A DNA stretch of 44,828 nucleotides from Candidatus Azambacteria bacterium (GTDB taxonomy: Bacteria; Patescibacteriota; Minisyncoccia; UBA10092). The notes below the pieces were generated by a model that made no database searches, was not told the DNA's origin, and saw only the letters and a list, made by a program, of their open reading frames with translations. This document shows positions 24,502 to 33,630 of the stretch, in pieces. Made by a program: the position numbers and the translations under genes. Each line of letters opens with the position of its first letter. Position 1 is the first letter of the stretch. The DNA is taken from contig JAUSKX010000006.1 in the NCBI GenBank assembly GCA_030646675.1, positions 1 to 44,828 on the forward strand. The letters run 5' to 3'.

Positions 24502-25944
24502 CTAAACTTTGAACTTGCTTTTTATGCTCTTGAATTCCTCTTCCGCCACTTCCTGCGTTTTATCCTGAGCCATTTTGAACATTTTTTCAAGTTTTTCTAA
24601 TGGTTCCTTGTCCAATTCTTTGGCGCGTTTTAGCAAGTATTCTTTTTTGTTATTTTTCGGCTCATCAAGAACTTCATCCAATAATATATTGAGAAGATAG
24701 CCCATTTTAGGGCCGGGTTTCATATTTAATTCTTTCATCAAATTATCGCCATTGATTTTTAGCATTTTAACCGAAATCGGGTCGCGGGAAACTTTTTCAA
24801 TAATTGCCCGCAAGTGCCGCAACTTATACGGTTCCGCTTTGGGAACGCCGGAACCCTTGCGGTCGGCGATGCGCACTTCCAAAAGGTCATCCATATTTTC
24901 CGGGCCGACATTTCTGACAAGCCGCCGCACCGAACTCTCGCCGACTTCTTCAACATTGTAATAAAACAAATGGTAGCGTACCAAGAGAACGACCTTCTCG
25001 ATAAATTTTTTGGGAAATTTTAACCGTTCAAGAATTTTGGCGGTAATTCTGGCGCCGACAACTTCGTGATTGTAAAAAGTTGAATCCGGGCCATCGCCCT
25101 GTTTGGTTTTCGGCTTTCCAACATCATGCAAAAGCGACGCCACCCGGTTTTCAAGCTTGTAATCGTGCTTTGCCGCCCAATCCAATGCCAGCAGATTGTG
25201 TTCCCAGACGGTATATATATGGTGCTTGTTTTGTCCGACGCCGAATCCTTCTTCTACTTCCGGCAATATATGTTTCAAAAGTCCGAACTCGCGCAAGATT
25301 TCAATGCCGCGCTTGGCGTTTTCAGTCTGTATTATTTTTATCAATTCATCGCGGATTCTTTCTTTGGAAATAGCCACAATATCGTTGCTATTATTTTTGA
25401 TAGCCTCGGCGGTTTTTGGTTCTATTGAAAAATTTAATTGAACGGCGAACCGCGCGGCGCGCATCAAGCGCAAGGCGTCTTCATTAAATCGTTTGTCCGG
25501 CTCGCCGACCGCGCGGATGATTTTCTTTTTCAGGTCTTCCTGTCCGCCAAAAGGGTCGATAAATTTTTTCCCATCGTAAGCAATGGCGTTAATCGTAAAA
25601 TCGCGCCGCGCCAAATCGTCTTCAAGTTTTTTGGTGAATTTAACTTCGTCGGGATGGCGTTTGTCGGAATATTTTTCTTCAAGGCGATAGGTAGTGATTT
25701 CTATTATTTTCAAATTTTCATTTTCGCTTTCGGTATTTACTGCAACGGTGCCGAAATCATTTTCGTAAACGCTGTGCGTAAAAATTTTTTGAATTTCTTC
25801 CGGCTTGGCATTGGTGGTAACGTCCCAATCGCTCGGTTCTCGGCCCAATATAAAATCGCGGACGCAACCGCCGACCGCGTACGCCTCAAACCCCGCCCCC
25901 TCCAGCGCCTTTATAATCTCTTTTACTTCTTTGGGTAATACCAT
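24502..25944 (-). CDS. cca: CCA-adding enzyme (tRNA nucleotidyltransferase with HD domain)
   Basis: 480 aa with the head-domain motif GGCVRDFILGREPSDWDVTT and HD motif LLHDVGKP. Confidence 0.85.
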   Translation of the reverse strand: MVLPKEVKEIIKALEGAGFEAYAVGGCVRDFILGREPSDWDVTTNAKPEEIQKIFTHSVYENDFGTVAVNTESENENLKIIEITTYRLEEKYSDKRHPDEVKFTKKLEDDLARRDFTINAIAYDGKKFIDPFGGQEDLKKKIIRAVGEPDKRFNEDALRLMRAARFAVQLNFSIEPKTAEAIKNNSNDIVAISKERIRDELIKIIQTENAKRGIEILREFGLLKHILPEVEEGFGVGQNKHHIYTVWEHNLLALDWAAKHDYKLENRVASLLHDVGKPKTKQGDGPDSTFYNHEVVGARITAKILERLKFPKKFIEKVVLLVRYHLFYYNVEEVGESSVRRLVRNVGPENMDDLLEVRIADRKGSGVPKAEPYKLRHLRAIIEKVSRDPISVKMLKINGDNLMKELNMKPGPKMGYLLNILLDEVLDEPKNNKKEYLLKRAKELDKEPLEKLEKMFKMAQDKTQEVAEEEFKSIKSKFKV

Positions 25945-25996
25945 AGTTAAAAGGTTATTCTGGTTAGATTCTACGTTAAAAGTGTTAAATTAACAA

Positions 25997-26039
25997 CTGA
26001 ATTGCATGTTAATATCCGATCGGTTGATAACATGCAATT
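25997..26039. repeat. 43-nt palindromic element, copy 1 (putative operator)
   Basis: ctgaattgcatgttaatatccgatcggttgataacatgcaatt. Internal inverted repeat aattgcatgtta / taacatgcaatt around tccgatcgg. A second copy lies at 26643-26685. Confidence 0.75.
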
Positions 26040-26059
26040 TGTATAATATACTAATATTA

Positions 26060-26611
26060 ATGGAACGAATGGGCTCAATGTCTAAAAAGATTTTGCTTCT
26101 TTTAATGGGAGGCGCTTCTTTGAGTTTAACAAGAAGGCCGGACGCGTATTTTAGAGTTGTTAAAAACATTGCTAAAGAGTGGCGTAAAATAAACGAAAGA
26201 AATCTGAGAATCGCGATAAAAAATCTCTATAAATCAAAAATGGTTGATTATAAAGAAAATGGCGATGGGACGGTTGACCTTGTCTTGTCCGAAGGAGGGA
26301 AAAGCAAGATTTTAAAATATAATTTAGATAAGATAGAGATTAAAAAACCGGCTCAATGGGACAAATTATGGCGGTTGGTTATTTTTGATATTCCCGAAGA
26401 TAAAAATATGGGAAGAAAAGCATTGGGAGTCAAATTAAAAGAGCTCGGTTTTTATCCAATGCAAAAAAGCGTATTTATCCATCCTTATGAGTGCAAGGAT
26501 GAGATAGATTTCATTACCGAAATGTTTGAACTGTCGCCTTATGTGAGATTTTTAAGAGTTAGGGATGTTGATATAGAACTAGATCTTAAAGAGCGGTTTC
26601 ATCTGCTTTAA
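26060..26611 (+). CDS. PaaX-like regulator (winged-helix N-terminus plus Cas2/VapD-fold C-terminal domain)
   Basis: C-terminal signature WDKLWRLVIFDIPEDKNMGRKALGVKLKELGFYPMQKSVFIHP. Start is uncertain (ATG at 26060 or 26078). The track's start at 26006 lies inside the palindrome. Confidence 0.55.
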   Translation: MERMGSMSKKILLLLMGGASLSLTRRPDAYFRVVKNIAKEWRKINERNLRIAIKNLYKSKMVDYKENGDGTVDLVLSEGGKSKILKYNLDKIEIKKPAQWDKLWRLVIFDIPEDKNMGRKALGVKLKELGFYPMQKSVFIHPYECKDEIDFITEMFELSPYVRFLRVRDVDIELDLKERFHLL

Positions 26612-26642
26612 TTTTTTCAGTCCTGCAATATTTATGTCATTT

Positions 26643-26685
26643 CTGAATTGCATGTTTATTTCCGATCGGATCTTAACATGCAATT
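26643..26685. repeat. 43-nt palindromic element, copy 2 (putative operator)
   Basis: ctgaattgcatgtttatttccgatcggatcttaacatgcaatt. Same arms and centre as copy 1. Confidence 0.75.
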
Positions 26686-26792
26686 GGATATATTGAACTA
26701 TGACAGATGTTTGACTTTTATAATCGGTATTGAGTAGGATAGGGATTAACGAAAATGGAGAGTTTTTTGAAAATACGATATAGGAGGGATTT

Positions 26793-26993
26793 ATGCCACC
26801 ACTTGATATTTTGAAAGCGGCACACAGATTTAATCAAATTCATGGCGACAAGAAAGACTATCGGCCGCCAGAAGTTCCAAAAAAGACCGGCATAAAAGTT
26901 TGCAGAGGGTGTGTCACATCGTATATCTTAAATGAAGTCACAGAATTGTTTTTGCACTGCACGAAATGCGGAGATATTTTAGAGGAACATTAA
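26793..26993 (+). CDS. Small zinc-ribbon hypothetical protein
   Basis: 66 aa with CRGC...CTKC. TAGGAGG upstream. Confidence 0.5.
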   Translation: MPPLDILKAAHRFNQIHGDKKDYRPPEVPKKTGIKVCRGCVTSYILNEVTELFLHCTKCGDILEEH

Positions 26994-27019
26994 TATATGC
27001 GCAAAAGAAAGCGCAAAAA

Positions 27020-27046
27020 CTGCCAAGAAACTGGCAGTTTTTTTTA
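27020..27046. terminator. Bidirectional terminator
   Basis: ctgcca agaaac tggcag, flanked by an A-run and a T-run. Lies between the zinc-ribbon gene (+) and gyrA (-). Confidence 0.65.
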
Positions 27047-29497
27047 TAACAACGTGGCGGAGACGACGTGGTCGCCGGGCTCGACGCGCATAATGCGGAC
27101 GCCTTGGGTAACGCGCGAAACCGTTGAGATGGAATCAAGCGAGACCCTGATGATTGTGCCTTTTTTGGAAATGGCGATTATTTCCGTTGCGTCCGGCTGG
27201 ACGGCGAACGCGGCTACAATCGCTCCTGTTTTGGCGGTGACTTTAGCGGTTTTAACGCCGGAGCCGCCGCGATTTTGTTTTTTATAAAACTTAAGCAATG
27301 TTTTTTTGCCGAAGCCATTTTCCATAATTACCAGCATTTTGGCGTTGGTGTCTTTGGCCAGCGCTCCGCTGATAACATCCATTCCGACAATTCTGTCATC
27401 TTTATGCAAGCGGATGCCGATGACGCCGGCGGTTGCCCGGCCGAGCGGTCGAGTGTCTTTTTCGGAAAATTTTATCGCCTGGCCTTTTGAAGTCACCATT
27501 ATCACTTGGTCATCTCCGGAAGATGCCTTTACCCACATAAGCGCGTCGCCTTTCTTTATCCTTATCGCGATAAGTCCCGAACGCCGCACCGAGCTGAAAT
27601 CGGCGATAGGAGTTTTCTTTATGAGGCCGTTTTGGGTTGCCATCACGAAATATTTCTCATAACCCTTTTCCTTAAGATTTTTTTCATTGTAAGTCAAAAT
27701 GGAGGCGATTTTTTCTTCCTGCGACAGCGCCAAAAAGTTGACGGCCGCTTTGCCGCGCGACTGCCTTGACGCTTCGGGAATTTCCCAAACCTTGGTCTGG
27801 AAAACCCGCCCGGCGCTGGTGAAAAACAGCGCGTTGTCATGCGTCTGACAAGACACAAAATGGGTGACGGCGTCTTCTTCTTTAGTGCTGACACCTGTCA
27901 TTCCCTTACCGCCCCGATGTTGCGCCTTAACAACTGTTGGATTCATTCTTTTTATATATCCGGAATCGGCCAATACAATCACAGCTTCTTCAAGCGGCAC
28001 CAGGTCTTCTTCCTTAAATTCGCCCAAGGCGCCGGCAACGACTTTTGTCCGTCTTTCGTCGCCGAATTTATTTTTGAGTCCTTGAAGTTCTTCGTGGATA
28101 ATTTCCAAAATCCGTTCGCGATTCTTCAAAATCATAGTCAGTTCTTTTATGAGCTTCTTCTTTTCCGCCAATTCATCCTCAATTTTCTTTCTTTCAAGGT
28201 TGGCCAGCGTCGCCAGTTTCATGTCCAAAATAGCGTTGGCTTGAATTTCGGAAAGTTTGAATTTCGTCATCAGGTTTTTACGCGCCGCGTCTCGGTCTTC
28301 GGATTTTTTGATTGTCTTTATAACCTCGTCAATATTATCAAGAGCTATTTTCAAGCCTTCCAATACGTGCGCTCTTTCCTCGGCTTTTAACAAGTCATAT
28401 TTAACGCGGCGGACAACAACTTCTTCGCGATGTTTCAGGAAATATTCCAAAACGGCTTTGAGCGACAAAACTTGCGGCTGAATGCCGTCAACCAGTGCCA
28501 GCATGTTTAAATGAAAAGTCCGCTGAAGGTCGGTGTGCTTGTAGAGATTATTTAAAATTTTCTGCGGGACGGCGTCGTTTTTCAGTTCAATGACAACTCG
28601 CATTCCTTCTTTGTCGGATTCGTCGCGCAGGTCGCGGATGCCGTCGATTTTTTTATCGGAAACCAGCTCGGCGATTTTTTCAAGCATTGCCGATTTATTA
28701 ACCTGGTAGGGGATTTCGTTGATTATGATTTGTAACCGTCCTTTTTTGTCCTCAACAATTTCGGCCTTGCCCCGAATAACGATGGGGCCGCGGCCGGTGG
28801 CATAGGCCGCGGCGATATCTTTTTTGGAATAAATTATTCCGCCGGTCGGAAAATCTGGACCTTTGACAAATTCCAGCAAATCCTCTGTTGAAGCTTTTGG
28901 ATGTTTTACCAGATATGAAGCGGCATCAACTATTTCGGTTAAATTATGCGGCGGGATATTTGTCGCCATTCCGACGGCGATGCCCATGGTGCCGTTCAAA
29001 AGCAATTGAGGAATAGCTGACGGCAGAACTTTCGGTTCTTGGCGCGTGGCATCATAGTTATCAATAAAATCAACGGTGTCTTTTTCAATATCTCTTAGAG
29101 CTTCTTCGGCCAGAGCGGTCAAGCGGGCTTCGGTGTACCTCATCGCCGCCGGCGAATCGCCGTCAACACTGCCGAAGTTTCCTTGCCCGTTAATCATCGG
29201 GTATCGCAGTGAAAAACTTTGCGCCATGCGCGCCAAGGCGTCATAAACCGAAATATCGCCGTGGGGATGATATTTTCCTAAAACTTCACCGACAACCAGC
29301 GCTGATTTGCGGAATTTTACCGAATGACCCAGCCCCAAGTCATGCATCGCGTATAAAATGCGGCGATGAACCGGTTTCAAACCGTCGCGGACATCGGGAA
29401 GGGCGCGCGAAACAATAACGGACATCGCGTAATCCAAATACGCTTCTTCCATTTCGCGGCAGATTTCTTTTGGTTTTACGTATCCTATTTCTGCCAT
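27044..29497 (-). CDS. gyrA: DNA gyrase subunit A
   Basis: 817 aa with [20 protein letters not shown], the active-site Tyr context [10 protein letters not shown], and C-terminal beta-pinwheel repeats. Confidence 0.97.
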   Translation of the reverse strand: MAEIGYVKPKEICREMEEAYLDYAMSVIVSRALPDVRDGLKPVHRRILYAMHDLGLGHSVKFRKSALVVGEVLGKYHPHGDISVYDALARMAQSFSLRYPMINGQGNFGSVDGDSPAAMRYTEARLTALAEEALRDIEKDTVDFIDNYDATRQEPKVLPSAIPQLLLNGTMGIAVGMATNIPPHNLTEIVDAASYLVKHPKASTEDLLEFVKGPDFPTGGIIYSKKDIAAAYATGRGPIVIRGKAEIVEDKKGRLQIIINEIPYQVNKSAMLEKIAELVSDKKIDGIRDLRDESDKEGMRVVIELKNDAVPQKILNNLYKHTDLQRTFHLNMLALVDGIQPQVLSLKAVLEYFLKHREEVVVRRVKYDLLKAEERAHVLEGLKIALDNIDEVIKTIKKSEDRDAARKNLMTKFKLSEIQANAILDMKLATLANLERKKIEDELAEKKKLIKELTMILKNRERILEIIHEELQGLKNKFGDERRTKVVAGALGEFKEEDLVPLEEAVIVLADSGYIKRMNPTVVKAQHRGGKGMTGVSTKEEDAVTHFVSCQTHDNALFFTSAGRVFQTKVWEIPEASRQSRGKAAVNFLALSQEEKIASILTYNEKNLKEKGYEKYFVMATQNGLIKKTPIADFSSVRRSGLIAIRIKKGDALMWVKASSGDDQVIMVTSKGQAIKFSEKDTRPLGRATAGVIGIRLHKDDRIVGMDVISGALAKDTNAKMLVIMENGFGKKTLLKFYKKQNRGGSGVKTAKVTAKTGAIVAAFAVQPDATEIIAISKKGTIIRVSLDSISTVSRVTQGVRIMRVEPGDHVVSATLL

Positions 29498-29727
29498 AAG
29501 TTTTGTATGGAATCGAACTGATTCTTAAATGTTTGCCACGCGCTCGGCACTTCTTTTGTCAAATTGGCCAGTCTTGCATCTTCTATAGGTTGCGAAGTTT
29601 GAAATGGGAAAGTGAACAGCCAAAAAAGAAAAATAACAAACATCATAAGAGAAATGCCTGTCCACATTATGGTTTTTTTGACCGGCTCGGGTTTATTTTG
29701 TAAATTTTTTATAAATTGAAAATTCAT
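29485..29727 (-). CDS. Small membrane protein (hypothetical)
   Basis: 80 aa with one TM helix ([21 protein letters not shown]). Overlaps the gyrA start by 13 nt. Confidence 0.45.
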   Translation of the reverse strand: MNFQFIKNLQNKPEPVKKTIMWTGISLMMFVIFLFWLFTFPFQTSQPIEDARLANLTKEVPSAWQTFKNQFDSIQNLWQK

Positions 29728-29759
29728 TGAAAATTGAAAATTGGAATTTGAAAATTATT

Positions 29760-30398
29760 TTATACTTTCTCCAATATTACTATCTTTATTTCTTCTTCAT
29801 TTATATCCTTCTTCTTTATAGTAAGCTTCGGCTGGGGAGGTTCTTTGGCTTCGCTTTCTTTCAGAAAAGCCGTAATCGGCGCTCTTTTAATCCTTGGTTC
29901 TTTTCCGCCAGGGGCGGATCCGCCTTTGGCGGAAACATCATAAAGCATCGGGATGGCGATTGACGGTTCAAGCTTGTTAATTAATTTCATCGCCGCTTCG
30001 GCATCGAGAACTTCATTATTGCCAACAGGAACCAAAATAATATCCGAATCGTCGAATATAGCTATTTTTTCATCATCCAGGTCGTTTTTTAAAAAGCCAA
30101 GATGAGATATTTTAACGCCGTCTATCTCTATATTATATAAATTGTTTTCGCCGTCGGCGACGCCCAAAACTCTGACTCCGCCGACCTCATATTCGCCGGG
30201 ACTGTCGATGACAAATGTGGCATCCGACGGCTGGCTCAACGCTCCGGCAATGTCGGCACGGGGACGCGAAAATATCAAAATATCGCTTTTTAAGCGAGGC
30301 GGATTGATTCCCGATTCTTTTTGAGGCGGTTCGATTAAAATTCTGACCCCGCTATTTTCCAGAAGAAAGCACGCTTCCCCGTACCAAGAAATAGTCAT
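29760..30398 (-). CDS. MBL-fold (UPF0173-like) protein, metal-binding motif not evident
   Basis: N-terminus ISWYGEACFLLE..GVRILIEP resembles MBL-fold hydrolases, but I cannot find HxHxDH. I prefer the ATG at 30398 over the track's TTG at 30425. Confidence 0.45.
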   Translation of the reverse strand: MTISWYGEACFLLENSGVRILIEPPQKESGINPPRLKSDILIFSRPRADIAGALSQPSDATFVIDSPGEYEVGGVRVLGVADGENNLYNIEIDGVKISHLGFLKNDLDDEKIAIFDDSDIILVPVGNNEVLDAEAAMKLINKLEPSIAIPMLYDVSAKGGSAPGGKEPRIKRAPITAFLKESEAKEPPQPKLTIKKKDINEEEIKIVILEKV

Positions 30399-30540
30399 AG
30401 TGATTTTGTGAGACAATTCTAGCAAATTTCAGTTATAATTTCAATAGATTGACCAGTTCGACAAGCTCATGGTCAATCCTGAGTCCGTCGAAGGATTGAC
30501 AAAAGTTTAATTTGTGATAATCTTGCCCAATATATTACTT

Positions 30541-31671
30541 ATGGAAGCCCAGGCGGAAATTTTGGCCAGAAATATAGGAATGCAAAACTTGGCGGCAAAA
30601 ATGCCGCGAAGTTTTAATTTGCCTAAAGTCGGCGATGTCGTTGAAGGGCGAGTGCTCAAAAAAAGCGCCCGCACTTTATATTTTGATTTGGGACTCTGGG
30701 GTGTCGGCATTGTTTATGGAATAGAATTTTCCAACGCCCAATCAATAATAAAAAATTTAAAAATCGGCGACACAGCTTTTGTAAAAATTTCGGAAATTGA
30801 AAACGATGGAGGCTTCAAAGAGCTTTCATTGGCCGAAGCTCAAAGCCAGAAATCCTGGGATTTGATAAGAGAATACAAACGAACCAATAAAGTTTTTGCC
30901 ACAAAAATTTTAAGCGTCAACCGCGGCGGCATGATGATTGAAATAAGCGGCGTGGCGGGATTTTTGCCCGTTTCCCAATTATCCGGCGAACATTATCCGC
31001 GGGTTGAAGGCGGCGATAAAAACAAAATTTTGGAAGAACTTTCAAAATTTGTCGGTCAGGATTTCAATGTCAGAGTTTTGGATTTTGATTCCAGGGAAAA
31101 TAAATTGATTGTTTCGGAAAAAGCGGCCGAAGAAGAACATTTGAAAAAGGCGCTAGGCAAGCACCAAATCGGCGATGTTGTCGCCGGCACGATTTCCGGC
31201 ATTGTTGACTGGGGAGCTTTCATAAAATGGCCCTCCGACGAAGAAACGCTTGAAGGGCTTATACATATTTCCGAACTTGACTGGCAATTGATAGAAAGCC
31301 CGGCTGATTTCGTGAAAGTTGGCGATAGCGTATCCGCAAAAATCATTGACATCGCCAATGACCGGATTTCTTTGTCGTTAAAACAACTAAAGCCCGACCC
31401 ATGGAAAATTGCCTCGGCTTTTCTTGAAAAAGGAATGCTCGTTGAGGGCTTTGTCAAAAAATATAATTCCTTTGGCACGTTTGTCGAGGTAGCCTATCCG
31501 TCGCCGGAGGGGGGTAAAAACGAAACGCTTCAGGGTCTTTGCCATATTTCCGAATTTGGTTCCGATGAAAAAATGAAAAACGCTTTGGGAGTCGGAAAAA
31601 AATACCAATTTAAAATTTTGGCCTTCGTTCCGGAAGACCATCGAATGAGTTTAGGACCATTGACCGGGTAG
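30541..31671 (+). CDS. rpsA: 30S ribosomal protein S1-like (four S1 domains)
   Basis: Repeated S1 signatures (VGDVVEGRVL, IGDTAFVKI, IGDVVAGTISGIVDWGAFI, KGMLVEGFVKKYNSFGTFVEV). Start is uncertain (30541, 30580 or 30601). The stop lies inside element C. Confidence 0.8.
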   Translation: MEAQAEILARNIGMQNLAAKMPRSFNLPKVGDVVEGRVLKKSARTLYFDLGLWGVGIVYGIEFSNAQSIIKNLKIGDTAFVKISEIENDGGFKELSLAEAQSQKSWDLIREYKRTNKVFATKILSVNRGGMMIEISGVAGFLPVSQLSGEHYPRVEGGDKNKILEELSKFVGQDFNVRVLDFDSRENKLIVSEKAAEEEHLKKALGKHQIGDVVAGTISGIVDWGAFIKWPSDEETLEGLIHISELDWQLIESPADFVKVGDSVSAKIIDIANDRISLSLKQLKPDPWKIASAFLEKGMLVEGFVKKYNSFGTFVEVAYPSPEGGKNETLQGLCHISEFGSDEKMKNALGVGKKYQFKILAFVPEDHRMSLGPLTG

Positions 31672-31766
31672 TGAAAATTCGACTTTTTAATTGCCGCCCT
31701 TGGCGGCGTTGCCAGGCAGTAGAGCTTTGCTTCACTGCCTGGCGTTGTCGAATTTCTACTACCCGG
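31664..31766. repeat. Palindromic intergenic element, copy C (with nested hairpins)
   Basis: Arms ccgggtagtgaaaattcgac (31664-31683) and gtcgaatttctactacccgg (31747-31766). The interior has gccgcccttggcggc and a nested gccaggcagtagag...cttcactgcctggc hairpin of the same arm type. Confidence 0.85.
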
Positions 31767-31795
31767 TTGACAAACATCTAAACTTGTAGTATATT
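31767..31795 (+). promoter_or_regulatory. Near-consensus sigma-70 promoter
   Basis: TTGACA (31767-31772), 17-nt spacer, TATATT (31790-31795). Abuts element C. Confidence 0.65.
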
Positions 31796-31855
31796 CTAAC
31801 CCAGTTAATAAGGGGTAATTTTTAGTCGTAACTTAACATTTTAATAAGAAAGGGG

Positions 31856-32488
31856 GTGAAAAAATTGGGAGAAAGGATTTGGAACAAGTTCCACCCGATT
31901 TTCGGACCCGATTTGAAAGTTGGGTTCGAAACCACGTTTCCGAAGGGGGCGGTTTTAGACCTGGACCCGCTTTACGAAAGGAGTGGTTTAGTCCACAAGC
32001 CGCCAAATGAAAAAACGGTGAGAGTCTACGAACCGGCGAGGATTTTCTGCTCCTGCTTAGACAGCAAGGCAACGAATGTTCTGTTTGTGTCAGTGTCGCA
32101 AAAGGGGTCTCTATTCCGCCGATTGGTATTTGCGCGGAAGATAGGAGATAATGGACTACCCCGCCGGTGGATGGTTGCCGCTCGTTTTGATGAGGTGACA
32201 CATTTTGGGTTCGACTCCTGGAATTCCAGGAATCAGCGCTATCTGGCGCTGGCGTATCCCGAACAGGAGGAATTTACGCCGGTATACGTGAAAATTCAGA
32301 ATGTCGGCACCGGCGGCTTCGTTTATCTCGAGCTTTGGGCTTATGACGACGGAGTCCAAGTTCTATTCACGGCGCGCCGCGTCAACGAGGATACGGTGCC
32401 GGAGCATTTGCTCTTGGCAACCCCGTGGGAAAAGCCACAAGAAAAAAAGCCTTTGACGGCAACTCTGGCAACAGCTTCAGTTAGATAA
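31856..32488 (+). CDS. Hypothetical protein (GC-rich island, gene 1)
   Basis: 210-aa ORF with a GTG start preceded by a purine-rich aagaaaggggg. No motif I recognise. Confidence 0.55.
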   Translation: MKKLGERIWNKFHPIFGPDLKVGFETTFPKGAVLDLDPLYERSGLVHKPPNEKTVRVYEPARIFCSCLDSKATNVLFVSVSQKGSLFRRLVFARKIGDNGLPRRWMVAARFDEVTHFGFDSWNSRNQRYLALAYPEQEEFTPVYVKIQNVGTGGFVYLELWAYDDGVQVLFTARRVNEDTVPEHLLLATPWEKPQEKKPLTATLATASVR

Positions 32489-32521
32489 ACAATTTTTTTC
32501 AAAAAATTTTGGAGGTGTAAA

Positions 32522-33547
32522 ATGTCTACAATACAGGAAGCGATGGAAAATCCAGGAAAGTTGAAGACAAAGAAACCCCCGGCGGTGAAAGTGATTGACA
32601 TCGTTGTCCCGTCAATCAAAAAGGTGAAACTGACCGCAAAGAAAGAGGACATTGACCAGACTGCGGCTGATATCCGCGGGTATTTGGCGGAGATTCCCAT
32701 CCACATGGCTGACCTTGTTGGCCGGATGCGCGAGATTCAGAGCGCAACCCTGGAGGAATGGCTCATCCGAACGGATGAATTTCGGAAGTTGGAGGATGAG
32801 GTTCTTTCACATCTCAACGCCGATGGAGGACCCCTGCTCACGGCGGCGCGGCAAGCGTATGCCCTGGCGATGGTGGAAACGTTGCTCGCCGACAAAAAGG
32901 CGGTGATAGAAACCATAAAAGGTGGGGGGAAGTCCCGCCTGCCGAGTCTCATCAAGGCGGGGATTCTCGAGCCGACCAAGGAGCCGAAGTACGACATCGT
33001 CGTGAAAGTGTACGGCGATTCGTACAAGGTCATCGGGGGCAGGGATTTCGCTCTGAAAATCGCGGAAACCTTGTCCGACAAGGCCAGCAAGGCAGCCAAA
33101 GCGGCCCACGACAAATACCACGACGCCGTTGCTGGGCTGAAAGCTCAGACAACCATAACGGTTGTCGAGCTTCTCGCCAGAAAGCCGGGCAAATTCTTCC
33201 TCGAAGTGCCGGATGTGAAAGACGAAGAGAAATTTCTACCCGGCGGAACCATTCTCGCCGAAAGCGATGGGAAGGCGATTCAGGTAGTAACGGCGGTAGG
33301 GCATTTCAGCAGGATTATGGAAGAAATAAAGAAAGCCGCCACATTTATTTCCATCGAGTCCTTGAGCCAGGAGCGTCTCAATCTTGTAAAGAGGCTTCCC
33401 GAGGACGCATTCCGCAGAATTCGCATTCTGCACGCGGTGCTTCGCCGGGGACTGGCCGCCGAATTCGCCAGCCAGAAGCCCACGGTTCTCGCTGTTCCCA
33501 AAAAGATTCTCGTAGCCGCGGACGTTCAGCCCGCGACCCTCCATTAG
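32522..33547 (+). CDS. Hypothetical protein (GC-rich island, gene 2)
   Basis: 341-aa ORF with GGAGG upstream of the ATG. Largely helical-looking sequence with no recognisable catalytic motif. Confidence 0.6.
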   Translation: MSTIQEAMENPGKLKTKKPPAVKVIDIVVPSIKKVKLTAKKEDIDQTAADIRGYLAEIPIHMADLVGRMREIQSATLEEWLIRTDEFRKLEDEVLSHLNADGGPLLTAARQAYALAMVETLLADKKAVIETIKGGGKSRLPSLIKAGILEPTKEPKYDIVVKVYGDSYKVIGGRDFALKIAETLSDKASKAAKAAHDKYHDAVAGLKAQTTITVVELLARKPGKFFLEVPDVKDEEKFLPGGTILAESDGKAIQVVTAVGHFSRIMEEIKKAATFISIESLSQERLNLVKRLPEDAFRRIRILHAVLRRGLAAEFASQKPTVLAVPKKILVAADVQPATLH

Positions 33548-33573
33548 TTAACTCCCAACCAAACCCCTAACAA

Positions 33574-33605
33574 GCCCCTGTCCGAATGGACAGGGGCATT
33601 TTTTT
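33574..33605 (+). terminator. Rho-independent terminator
   Basis: gcccctgtcc gaat ggacaggggc followed by attttttt. Confidence 0.85.
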
Positions 33606-33630
33606 ATGTTAAAGTCTTAAAACAATTATT

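Noticed and set aside
25997-26685. Possible CRISPR-related locus, given a Cas2-fold protein plus repeated 43-nt palindromes
   Set aside because: There are only two repeat copies, about 600 bp apart, and they flank a gene rather than short spacers. No other cas genes are present. The protein signature fits PaaX-type regulators equally well.
27275-29418. Numerous plus-strand ORFs (60-183 aa) inside gyrA, and similar antisense ORFs inside infB, cca, ftsH, nusA and the rSAM genes
   Set aside because: All are antisense to long, motif-supported genes. They lack start contexts and are typical shadow ORFs.
30430-30525. Promoter call upstream of rpsA (TTGACA at 30496-30501 with tgtgataat)
   Set aside because: The spacer between the TTGACA and the best -10-like hexamer is only about 14-16 nt depending on the hexamer chosen. 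I could not settle on a convincing geometry, so it is not listed as a feature.
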